Shown here in pieces: positions 1-12,009 of a DNA stretch of 52,227 bases. The notes beneath the pieces were generated by a model that ran no database searches, was not told where the DNA came from, and saw only the letters and a program-made list of their open reading frames with translations. Position 1 is the first letter of the stretch, and each line of letters starts with the position of its first letter. The stretch is from Gonapodya sp. JEL0774. Taxonomy: Eukaryota. The stretch spans positions 62,001 through 114,227 of the forward strand of contig JADIIX010000070.1 in assembly GCA_027604505.1 (NCBI GenBank), given 5' to 3'. Both the position numbers and the translations under genes were made by a program.

Positions 1-1414
1 TTTTATTGATATCTCCACGAACGGCGTGTTTCGCTCTCGGACTCCCTGAATACAGTGGTTCTTTGCGCGGATCGCAGGGCCGGTCGGAAAATCCAACGAA
101 GAGAGTATTCCTTACAGGGTGAGTTGGCGCACAGTTCTATGGATGATTTCTTTACGTGCTTTCTGAATGGAGCGTCGTTCCAGGGTCCGCCTGTTCAAGT
201 GACCGCGATGGTTAGTTTGATCTCCTGCATATCTTCGGATCTCCGGCTGAGCAACAATTTTCACATGTAACACCGCCTCCTTCGTTTATCAGCACAATCC
301 TATGGCCGATGATGAGATGTTGATCGCTCCCGTGGGTATCAGCATATTTGTTGTAGAATCGTGGACTTTTGATGTTCATATGTTTTTTTGGGGGGGTCAC
401 TCATAGGGACAACTCGTCAACCTGCAACTACTTTTCAGAGATGGTAAGTTGGTGCTTGGACGGATTGGGTGTGTGATGTAACTCTAAACTCCGTGGCTTC
501 TCCTCTTGCTATGCATTGCTGTATGTAGGCTGGGGTATCGGAACAAACGTCAGTGAATCTGCCTTCGCGCTTATGTGCCCGCACATTGTGTGTGTTGAAC
601 TCTGGTAACCCAACAGCTCTCAAACGGATCGTTTGGTGTTGTCCCACTTGATTGTCTTCGCCTCGCCGACTTTATGCCACTGCCCCCAGGCGTCATGGTC
701 GGCGTTCCAGCGTTTCGACGCATTTCAAACACTGTTGCAGCTCGATCTCAGATTTATTCCTACCGCCAAGCACAACCAATGTCTGGCGCAACCGAAATTG
801 GCACTCCGATTTCGTACGGTGTGTTCTTTCCGCCGTCGACCACAACCCAGGACGTTACCAGTATTTCATCGTCGATCCAAATGGTGAGCACGCTCGTTTT
901 GAGGATTTGGCCTCAGACACCTCCGATTTTGCTCACAACCCTTTGTTTCACCAGAGTCTCCCACTGACACGCTCTTCTTGAAAAGAGTTTCAAGCTTGGA
1001 TTTTGGATCTATTTCGAACGTAAATTTAATTGACCGAACCATATTATACACCGCGAGAGGGCAGCGGGGTGAATTTTGTCACCGATTCTCGTTCAGCTAA
1101 ACAAATACATAATCTAATGTAACTTTAACTGCAAAGCGCATTCGCATAAAAAAATGTTGTCGATCTGGGCGGCGCCGCAGATTGTGCCTCCAGAAGGGCA
1201 GCGACCCTCACTGTACTGCACGCGAGCGACCCACGATTTCCGACACATCGCACACCCCAGAAAGGCTTAGCTGAACTCTGACGCTGCTTTATATCATCTG
1301 CTGGCTGCTGGACACGGCCGGCATCGTCGCCATTTGCCGTTCTCCCCGACACCCGACACAACATCATTGGCACTTTTCAATTTCAACCACTTCCTCCCAA
1401 ACAATACCCTTGGC

Positions 1415-3969
1415 ATGAGGATGCACTCAAACTGGATGTGGAAGCTTGCACTGGTAGTAAGCGTTACCTTGCTTGGGACTAGAGAAGCTGAATGCTCATT
1501 GGAGACACTGAACATTGCGAGTTTCCGTCAAAATGGTGGGTTTCAACCCAACTCAGATCGAGGGGACTGTTCATCTCATCTCATTTTCCATGTTGTGACT
1601 GTGTGGTGTGCATTTGGCTTCTTGCTCCGGAAAACCCAGAACTCATACCCTGGAGGGAGTTAGATGCTGGATCATCGAACCCCATGCGAATCGGAAAACG
1701 TCTCTACAATGGCGTGGCGCAACTGTCTATGTGTGGAACTGGCTATATGCCCGTAGATGCTGTCTGCTGCAGCGCGGGATGGTGTCCAACGGGTACCAAT
1801 TGCACTGGCACGAACTGTGTGGGAACTTGCGCCAACAAGTGTGGAACCATGTGCACCAAGTAAGAACGGAGTGAAGCGGCTACTTGCAAGTGCTCTTGAT
1901 GCTCATAACATTATTTTCGGGTGTTAGCGTCGCATACGACTACCAAAATTGTGGATCGGTAAGAATATTCTGGACCCTCTCGCGTTTTCCCCAACCAATT
2001 AACTTCAAACTGCACGGTTTTCTTGCATCGCTATTGTCTGCCACACAATGTTGAACTCTTAGTGTGGCCTCCTTTGGTAAGGCTGGGATTAATCGCCTTT
2101 TGCTTTTCAATCGGTTTGACGCTCGCTTGTTTGAAGCCCTCGACCTACAAACGGTGTTCGCTTTTGTAGCAATGGACAGTGTGGAATGGCATGCTTTACT
2201 GGATATACACTCAATGGGACCACGTGTGTCGTTGGGACTGGGCCAATGTCTGCCACCGCATCAGCTGTAACGGATATGGCGGCGACAATTCCAACAGACA
2301 TGGCCATGACCACGTCCGTTGTGGCTAGCGGTGGCACTCCAACGCAGGCTGTTAACGCTGGTGCGACCAACGGGCCTACCACAACGTAAGTTGCATGTCG
2401 CCTGTGGGCTCAACAGAGGAGCGCAGAACCTACTTTGCCTTTCGCAACTAGCATGCCCAACGGACTCCCGCTTCCAGCTATTGTTGGTATCGCTGTCGGT
2501 AGTGCCATCGGGCTGGGACTACTCCTGTTCATCCCTGTGTGGTCCGCGATCAAGCGGAATCAAAAGCGAAAGCGAGACGAAGAATTACGTGCAACTCGCG
2601 AGACAAACTTCGAGAAAATGAGCGCGGACAGAAAGCGGCCTTGGCCTGCTACGGAATCCGGGTTCTTGCAATCGGCGCCGCCTTCTGCCATGCCCTCGGC
2701 GTTACCATCTGCAATGGCAATGTACACGCCTGTCGGTGCAGGTGCACGGCGCAACAGCATGGATTCACAGGATGCAGCCAGTGATTGGGGATCAGAAGTT
2801 GATTTTGGGTAGGTTTTGGTTGTCCCCAGAGTTCCAGTTTGTGTCTCAGGGTTGGCTCGTGTCCCAAAATCAGCCCGCAGTCCGGTCTAGCATCCAAAAG
2901 GATGACTCTGAGTGGGAAAATTCAAGGGGGGATGAAGTCCGCAGGTGGCAATGACGAACCAGTCTTGCCCCCAGGGTTCCAGCCTCATGTGAGTTCCTCC
3001 TCTTGCACATCACTCTCATCCTCCACTGTTAGGTTTGACTCGTGAATTTTCGATCGCACCAGTGGTTTTTCACCAAGATCGCTGGACCCCAGAACAAAAT
3101 GAACAATCTCAGTGTCACCTACAATGGCCCTCCGTTTGTGGTCGCAACTAGGGTGGGTACTATGACAGCAGCCACTGGTCCAACACAGATGCCAATCGTC
3201 TCTGACACTTTGCACCATTTTATTAGCATGATCGCTCCGCTGAAGACGAAATTGCTCTCGCACCTGTGGGTTCCGCGGCACACTGCCTTGCATCTGTAAG
3301 TAGTTGAGTTGCTGACTTCGTCAAACGTCTTGTCTTGTAGGGCCACATGGTTGATGTCAGATTGGTGTTCAAAGATGGTTCGTAGGAAGTGGCTTTGAGT
3401 GCTATTTATTGATCCATTTGCTCACTTCGCTGTTTTTGTTGCAGGTTGGGCAACCGGGACAAACGTGCGTCTTGAATGTCAAGCTGTTAGCGTTTAATTA
3501 AGGGCCTCATCACGATGTTTCGCTCTTTGCAGTTGACGACCGGGAACTACGGTGTCCTGCCGCTGTGAGTATCTTGGGCTCCACCTTCCTCTTTAAGTAC
3601 GGAAAACTCATGCCTCGGTCATTTGGCTCTTGATAACACCAGATGTGCACTCCGATTAGACGACTCTGCGCCCGCACCCCAAACAGAGTCGGTACGACTC
3701 GATTCACGATCCATCGAGGTCACATCACAGGTTCTCTCGGAGCGGAGAAATATGGCACCACCTAAAGGAGCACCGCAAATGCCTGACCGAACTGGTTTTG
3801 GATATGGCCCCCCCTCCTCCACATTTGCATCTAAGCAAATGCCTGCTGTGAGTCTACGGCCGCGTGCAAGTAACGTTTAATGAAACTTGGTTTCATTTTG
3901 TCTGTTTCCACACTACAGAGCCCCGATGTTACGGTACGGGGCCCACCAACCAACTACAAGCCCCGGTAA
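1415..3969 (+). CDS. Receptor-like protein A: signal peptide, Cys-rich ectodomain, Ser/Thr stalk, single TM, cytoplasmic SH3 (multi-exon)
   Basis: Hand-spliced at GT..AG. Signal MRMHSNWMWKLALVVSVTLLG; Cys-rich KRLYNGVAQLSMCGTGYMP..CCSAGWCP..DYQNCGS/CGLLC/PRPTNGVRFCSNGQCGMACFTGYTL; TM LPAIVGIAVGSAIGLGLLLFIPVW followed by KRNQKRKR; SH3 ATR/HDRSAEDEIALAP/GHMVDVRLVFKDG/WATGTN/LTTGNYGVLPLCAL (about 3150-3660); last exon SPDVTVRGPPTNYKPR* ends at 3969. Confidence 0.8.
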
Positions 3970-4906
3970 AAGGTGGTTTAATGAGATATTAGCTCTTTGG
4001 TGATCAACAGATATCATGTGTGACAGAACTACAGTATTGAATGCATCAACTTGATTTGCTTCTCATAATAATCACCACCACTCCTGCAAGTGGACAGTTC
4101 GTATCGCAGGAGGAAGCACGATCACAGTATCTCACTTGCATGCCCATATCTCTTTTCAAAAGAAAAAAATATATATATCTTCATCTTGCTACATGCAGCC
4201 AGAGGATCTGGATACGGGACAGGAGCAACCACATCTTGTCACGGTGATCGAGCTCAAGCACGAAACGCGGCAGTTTCAGCCTCAAAGAACTTTGAGCGAG
4301 CTAAAACGAGATATTTGAAAGCCGACGTCGCTGTACCGGTCTGTTGTTGTATAATGGTCACGGCGTTCCGATGTTAGATTCCATGTCATCAAACTCTTTC
4401 ACACTCAGATTCTCTCCCACCCCGAAACAAAAATTGATGATGGCAATCATCTCACTTTGTGAGGTTTATATTGTATCAAGATCGCGGATGTCGAGATAAT
4501 TGCATTTCAGGATACAGGACGTCCGAAACGGCGGTGTTTGTCGAGGAGGTGCATCCTCTTTACAGGATGTCCCAATGTCGAAAAACTTGCTCTGACACAC
4601 CTTTGTCGCTTCTTCAATGCATCAGTCGTTTTTGCGGGCGAAAAGGAGCTTGAGTTCGTGTCGGGCCATTATGAGGGTGACAGTGCACCAGAAGAAGGGT
4701 GGGGCGAGGACGATGAAGACAAAGACGAGGAATTGGGTGAAGACGCTAAGGAGGCCTAGGGTGGTGCGAGCGAGTGGACCTGGGTCGAAGAGTATTCCAA
4801 CACAAGAACCGAAACCTTGAGAATGCTGAATGCCATGGGAAGGTGGGAGTTTGAATGGCATAAAGCCTTGGGGAGCAGCTACTAATGGTCGTCACCATTC
4901 CCTCCC

Positions 4907-5182
4907 TTAATGATCGCACTCGTATCAAACCGAAGTGCTATTGCTTACCTGTCGCAGCAGCAACGTCCCCGGGTGTGGCAAGATGACGTCCGACGTGGGA
5001 TGGAATCTGGTGGGTACTTGCACTCTTTCGAAACCCGAAGTGCTATTGCTTATTGTTGTCCCCGTTTCCTTTTATAAATGATCGCACTCTTACGAAACTC
5101 GAAGTCTTATTGTTTACCGGCGCAACAACAACAGCCGCTGGTGTGACGAGGTGACGTCGGTCGTGGGATCCAATCGGATGGG
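4907..5182. repeat. Degenerate direct repeats: two units of about 105 bp plus one partial, core GCACTC..GAAAC.CGAAGTGCTATTGCTTA
   Basis: Units start near 4907, 5020 (partial) and 5076. The two full units also share GGTGTG..TGACGTC.G.CGTGGGAT..AATC.G.TGGG. Confidence 0.7.
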
Positions 5183-6522
5183 TAATTTATCAATCTCGGG
5201 TCTAGATCAATCTCACTGTCGTTTTGATTTTCATGTAACTCGCCACTTTCGATTGTTCTTACTCGGTCCCACACAATGGGAGTGTCCCTTCGCTTTTCGC
5301 AACTTTATATCGGAACTGTTGCTCATGCCGCTTGGTCGGTGAGTTTGCCGAAGTTGGGTCGTCTCTTCTGTTTTTGAATCCAAGGTGTCTCGCATCGCCA
5401 GAGTTGGATCGAGTTTCGTTTTACACGTCGCCCCGCGACAGCGATAACCTATATGCTGGGGAAGACATTGGCGAATGTACTCATGTTGCAAATACCTGCA
5501 GATGAGTATATACACTCACTTAAAATACTTACATGCTTCAGTCTGTGGTGGATTAATGCAGCAGACATTTGATCGTCTGTGTAAATGTATCTATAACGTG
5601 CTTCCGAAGTCTCAAGACTCTGTTTTCACAAAGAACTGAGTTGCTTGAATGCGGCATTCAACTCTCGGTTCATTCAGAGTACAAGTAAACGTGCCCAAGA
5701 AGCAAGGTTCTTTAATCAGTTCAACTTCTGGGTCAGTAAACACTTTCAGTGTAACTTGCTCTGGTTGATGTCTATGTCTGTCCGTTTATGTTTGACTCGT
5801 ACCCTCTCACCGCATTCCTCTCCCTTTCTCGCGTACCTAAATATCGTACATAATGGATAACCTATCATAGAATGGTAGAGGGTGATAAGCGGTATCGAAT
5901 ATATTTGTAGTGTAGAGCCGGTGATAAACGATAACACGATTGTTAAGCACGTCGGGGCCGTCATCGACCAACGACCAGGTGAAGTCTGCCAGAATTGTGT
6001 TGATCAGCCACGTGTGACCCCAATTGCAGTTATTGGTGATGAAACGGCGCTGTTCGTAAAGTGGCACGGCCCTGGACAGAAATAAGCAGGTTCTTTACTC
6101 CCCAATTTACTCGGATCCCACCGAAATCGCCGGTGATATAGAGAAGATTGAGACCGCCAACTCGAAGAATCGCGCATTTCTTCGTGGAATCAGCCCGCTC
6201 AGGCGCCAATAGTTGAAGTTTTGCGAGGTGCGTCGGAAGGTGAAGAAGTGGACGATCCGGACAACTGGACGGCGGATTTCGGGATTGGAGGATCAGCAAA
6301 TATGAATCTGCAATTTTTGCTTGAATTGAGAGAGAAAGACTTGGATTGACGGTGGAAGTGGTCAAACTACAGAATGGTGCGATGGTTTGATGATTAGAGC
6401 TGAGTGTTCAACGACAACATCCGGAGCAGATTAAAACACAAACAACTGTTGGAAAACCTCATATTCCCAAAGCCTCGTGTCTTACGTTGAGGCTGCCTGT
6501 GCTGACTGACTGTCTCCAGACG

Positions 6523-9500
6523 ATGTCTCCCGAACCCACAACCGCCTCTTCCCAACTCGACGCAGTACTCGAACGATGGCGTATCCGCCTCGCGAACGTT
6601 TCGGAGCTCCAGCTTCCCACAGACTATCCTCGCCCGGTCCCTCCTCGTATCGTGGAGTCCGAACACTCGCGGGCGCTTTCAGACAGGGCCTCCTTGGCTA
6701 TTGCCAAGCTCGCCATTGCATTACAGCCAGTGGAAGGTAGCTATGATGGTGAGTGTCTGAGATGGATTCAGCGGTGCATGGGGGCTCTAAGCTGGTAGAG
6801 GAACATTTGACCACGAGACTCTTGCGAGTGGTGAGACGCAGGGATATGACACGTTTGCATGATATTAATCTGCAATGAAGAGTATTATGTTTCAGAGCAA
6901 ACTGGCTCACCAACCTCATACGCACCCTGCAGTCTCCCCTCTGACCATTCTCCTCGCCGCCTTCTTCATCTGCCTACACAAGTATTCGGGTGAAGAAGAT
7001 GTCGCAGCGGCGTGGTCCTTCTCTACTTCTTCCCCAGTGGCACCTTCGAGCAGCACAGAGGAGACTCCTGCAGCTGCGCAGGGTCAGGGTATGAACACCG
7101 CAATGTTGAGGTGCAGGATAGATAAAGATATTGCATTTGGAGACGTGGTTAAGGGAATTGCAGAGGTGTGTCGAGGGGCGGTGGTGGTGCTGTCATGAGA
7201 GGTTTGGTTCACACTTCACCTACCTCCCTTGATTTCCTTTCCGGGTTGGGCTCCTTCTCGTCCACTCCTACCGTCCTCCCACCCCACCAAATCTACATAA
7301 AACCTAGTCGCAACACGCCGCCCTGACGGACCTGGTCCCCTTCCCTCTACTCGTCCGTACCTTGTACCCGACTCCTCCACCTCCCGCCGCAGGGGCTCCC
7401 CACCATGACGCACCCCCCCCACCCGCTCTCCTCCGTGTTCGCATCGTTGAATCCCCTTCGCCCGATCCCAGCGAAGACTCCTCGGAGGATCCCCTCTCCG
7501 CACCGTCCTTGCCACTCTCCGCGGCGCCTCACTTGCTTTCAGACCTCACCCTACACCTCCACCCTATACCCACCCTCCGACGGCTCGCCCCGCTCCTACT
7601 CCGCCTCCGTTACAACGCCGCTCTCTTTTCGGATGCCAGAATCCGAGACACCCTTGATGCCGCCGAAATGGTTCTGTACGCCGCCGCAAAGGACCCATCG
7701 GTCCACATCGGCGCCATATCCATCGCCACCGCTCGTGCTATCAAGGTCACTCCCGACCCTACACAAGCGCTTGATTGGGACGGGTGGATGGGTGCGATTC
7801 CGGACGTATTTCACGCCAATGCTTCAAAGTTCCCCGACCGGGTTGCGGTTGTGGAATCTCTCGAACCCTCCGACGGGCGAGCCACAACAGGCCCACAGGA
7901 CTGCCCCGTGCGGACGTTCACGTATTCGCAGTTGGACAGGGCATCGAACCGGGTGGCTAATTACTTGTTGAAGAAGGGTGTGAAGAGGGAGGACGTTGTG
8001 ACTTTGTACAGTTATCGCGGAGTGGATTTGGTCGTTGCGGTTATGGGAGTCTTGAAGGCGGGCGCAACGTTCAGCGTGATCGGTGAGTACCTACTTTTTT
8101 TTGCGTTGTCCCTCACTTCAATGATTTGAATCGTACTGAAACTTCCTCACTCCTTCCTCCTTACCAGATCCCGCCTATCCCCCCGCACGCCAAACTATTT
8201 ACCTCACCGTCGCTCAGCCACGTGCCCTCCTTGTACTCCGTCGTGCTGGTACCGTTGCCTCTCTTGTGCGCGAGCACATCGAGGCCACACTTGCCATTGT
8301 TTGTGAGATTCCAGGTCTGGAGTTGCAGGACGACGGGAGTGTTATAGGTGGTTGGGACAGTGATGATAAGGGCAAAGAGGAGGAGCAGGTCTTTGCTGGA
8401 GTGGGTGATGTGTTCCCTGGTGTCGTGGTGGGACCGGACAGTGTTGGTACCTTGAGCTTCACGAGCGGAAGTACGGGAATCCCCAAAGGTGAGTATGCTG
8501 GATTTTAGCAAGTTTGCACTGGTTGAAGTGTATTGCTTACACTTTTGGGCCAACTAAAGGTGTTCGTGGGCGTCATTTTAGCTTGACGCACTTCTACCCC
8601 TGGATGAGTCAACAGTTCGGCCTCACAGACAAAGAAAGATTCACAATGTTAAGCGGGATTGCGCATGATCCAATTCAAAGAGATAGTGGGTTCGATCTGG
8701 TGTAAAAATGCTTGGTGTGAAGGAGTGCTCAAATTGTTGCTGTATTTTCTCTATTTGTGAAACCTCGACTATTCTCGGGCATCTTTCTTTGTCTGTACAT
8801 TTTACACTTGAAGTCTTCACACCGCTATTCCTTGGCGCTACGCTACATATTCCTACTGTGGAGGACATTGGCCAACCTGGCCGTCTTGCGTCGTGGATGG
8901 CTTACCATGGTGTCACAGTAACCCATCTCACACCTGCCATGGGGCAACTCCTCTCCGCCAATGCGACCACCCCTATTCCTAGCCTTCGCAACTCATTCTT
9001 TGTTGGGGACGTATTGACCAAACGCGACGTGGCTCGCTTACAACTCCTAGCTCCCAACAATGCCGTCGTGAACATGTACGGAACGACCGAGACTCAGAGA
9101 GCTGTGTCATTTCTCATTGTCCCGGCGAGGGGTACACATCCAACGTGGCTCTCGGACAAGAAGGACATTATTGCTGCAGGCAAGGGTATGAAGGACGTAC
9201 AAATCTTGGTCATAACGCCTGGCGGTCTACCCGCGGGTATTGGTGAAGTGGGTGAAATCTATGTTCGCTCAGGTGGTTTGGCGGAGGGGTACCTCGGGCT
9301 TCCCGATGCAACAGCAGCGAAATTCGTGACCAATCCATTCCGGGCTGCACCAACGTCATCGGCTCAGATTCCATACTATAAGGGTCCTCGTGACAGGATG
9401 TACCGATCCGGCGATTTGGGAAGGTATTTGCCAAGTGGAGAGGTGGAGTGCACAGGAAGGGCAGACGATCAGGTCAAGATCAGGGGTTTCAGAATTGAGC

Positions 9501-11829
9501 TTGGTGAGATTGATACTCACTTAAGCCAATGTCATGGGGTAGGTTTTATGTCTGGCGAGTGGTTGCTGCAAGTAAATCCGCATTGCGTACTTGAACACAG
9601 GTCCGTGAGAATGTCACCCTCGTCCGCCGTGACAAGTACGAAGAACAGACCCTTGTCTCGTACATCGTCCCCCTGTCCGACCAGTACGATGGGAACCAGG
9701 ATGCGTTTATCAAAGCCATCAGAGAGCATTTGAAGGGCAAGCTGCCCGGATATGCGGTGCCAAGTGGTAAGTGGTGTCGAGCGAGGGCGGTCTCAACGAT
9801 ACGACTACTGTAACAACATGACAAAACATCCCTCCTTTCGTAATCAAGTGTTTGCAATCCTTCGTCGGATGCCCCTCACTCCGAACGGAAAGATCGATAA
9901 GAATAATTTACCTTTCCCTGACACGGCCAGATTCACGGGACCTACCACATCCACTGGCCCCACTACCCCTTCCACTCTCACCCACGTGCAACAACAAATA
10001 CATGACCTCTGGGCTGACCTCATCGGTATCCCTGGACCAATCGCCCTCTCCGACAACTTCTTCGATGTTGGTGGCCATTCCATCCTGGCCACCCGCCTCG
10101 TATTTGAACTTCGCAAGAAATTGGGCGTGGATCTGGGTCTTGGCGTGGTGTTCCGTGAACCGACCATTGAGGGTATGGCACGCGAAGTCGAACGACTTCG
10201 ATCCACAGACCTAAACATCGTGGCACCTGGCGAGTCGAGAGCGGACATCGAAGCTAAGAACAAGGACGAAGGCGCCGAGGAACAGGCGGTTGACTATGCC
10301 GCCGATGTGGAGGCTCTAGACGACCCCAGCCTCTGTGTCACGGAGGAGCTCAGGAAGAACTTCGTTTATCCGACCACTCCCAGAGTTGTGCTTTTGACGG
10401 GAGCCACAGGATTTCTTGGAGCGTACATTCTTGCAGCACTTTTCAAGGTGCACGAAAAGGTCACTGTGATAGCACACGTGCGAGCGAAGAGCGTTCCGGA
10501 AGGCATGGCGAGAGTGAAAGCTTCAGCAGAAGCATATGGTCTGTGGAAGCCTGAGTGGGAGACCTCCGGTCAGCTACATATTGTTTTGGGAGACTTGGGG
10601 AAGGAAAAACTCGGTATATCTTCTGCAGATTGGGATCGGCTTGCGGATGAAGTCGACAGTATCATTCACAACGGTGCATTGGTACATTGGGTTTACCCAT
10701 ATCACCGACTTCGGGCGGTCAACGTGGTTTCTACTGTGGACATTCTCCGCTTGTCTCTTGCCGGTGGTAAGGTGAAGCCGATAGTATTTGTCTCGTCAAC
10801 AGCCACGCTCGATAACGAGTACTATACTGCGGGAGCGGATCAGGGCGTACGAGTGTTTGAGGCAGACGATCTTGAAGGTGCACGAAACTCGCTCAAATCA
10901 GGATACGGCCAAAGCAAGTGGGTTTCTGAGAAGTTACTGATGAATGCGAGAAAGAGAGGATGCCCGGTGAAGATTGTGCGACCAGGATACGTGATGGGCG
11001 ATTCGACAACAGGAGGTAAGTGTGCTTGAGAAGAGAACTGGTGTTTCATTGCTCTGTTTAATTCTGATGGACTCATAATCTCGTGAAGCCACCAATACGG
11101 ACGACTTCATTGTTCGACTCATGAAAGGCTGCGTGGAGCTCGGCAAGGTTCCGGAAATCGCCAACGTTGTGAACATGTGCCCCGTAGATTACGTGGCGGG
11201 ATCAGTCGTCGCAGTAACTCTAGATCCCAAGCTGGAAAGTGAGAGAGGAGAAATGATTGTGTTCCATATGTGGAACGATAGTCCGTGAGTCCCGTCTTCT
11301 TTCCATGCAGATTCTTTACTTGCATCTGATCAATCATACTCGTTCCAGATTCCGGTTTATTGACCTCTTCCGTCTGCTCCGGGTGTACGGGTACCTCATC
11401 GAACCTTGCGAGTACATTCAATGGCGTCAGGCGCTCATGGACTTCACTCTAAGCGCCGCTAGCGAAACCAGCTCTGCCCTCTTTCCTCTCCTCCACTTTG
11501 TACTCGACGATCTCCCCACGTCCAGCAAGAGTGCGATTCTCGACGATTCGAACACCAAGGAAGTCCTCCGAGGGACGGGAGTCGTGTGTGGCAAGATGGA
11601 TGACTTGGTCGGGAAGTACATTGCCTACCTGGTGAAGTCCGGCTTCTTCCCGAAGCCGGCACGAACCGTAGCACCTACAGAGAGCGGAGCTGGAAAGCGG
11701 GAGACATTACATAGGAAGAAGAATGCTTCCATGGCTGACTTTATATTATCTGGTGATATGGACGCGAAAGAGCTTCCTGATCTTCATGGAGTGAGCACAG
11801 CGGCGGTGGTGACAAGAAACAGAAACTAG
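6523..11829 (+). CDS. LYS2: L-2-aminoadipate reductase large subunit (NRPS-like A-T-R), multi-exon
   Basis: N-terminal [33 protein letters not shown]-domain motifs [90 protein letters not shown]; thioester reductase [33 protein letters not shown]. Confidence 0.96.
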
Positions 11830-12009
11830 ATAATTCGTTTAACCTATCAATCAGTGTATTACATGTGGTTTCGTGGAACTGCAATGACAAACTATCGCCC
11901 ACGGGGGGGTCCAGCCCCGGAGAATGCGAGAGGAAAATGGGGTATCATACGAGGGACACAACAACCAGAGTCCACAACTGCCCTCTTGAATGTCCCCAAA
12001 CTATCGTAT

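Noticed and set aside
1..1050. Short ORFs, including a Cys-containing minus-strand fragment (212-647)
   Set aside because: Stop-interrupted with no convincing domain; may be a decayed element, but I cannot support a call.
4907..5182. CRISPR-like array
   Set aside because: Only three degenerate cores with irregular spacing and related spacers, no cas genes, and a eukaryotic context.
6523..11829. Secondary-metabolite NRPS cluster
   Set aside because: The motifs are diagnostic of primary-metabolism Lys2, and no tailoring genes flank it.
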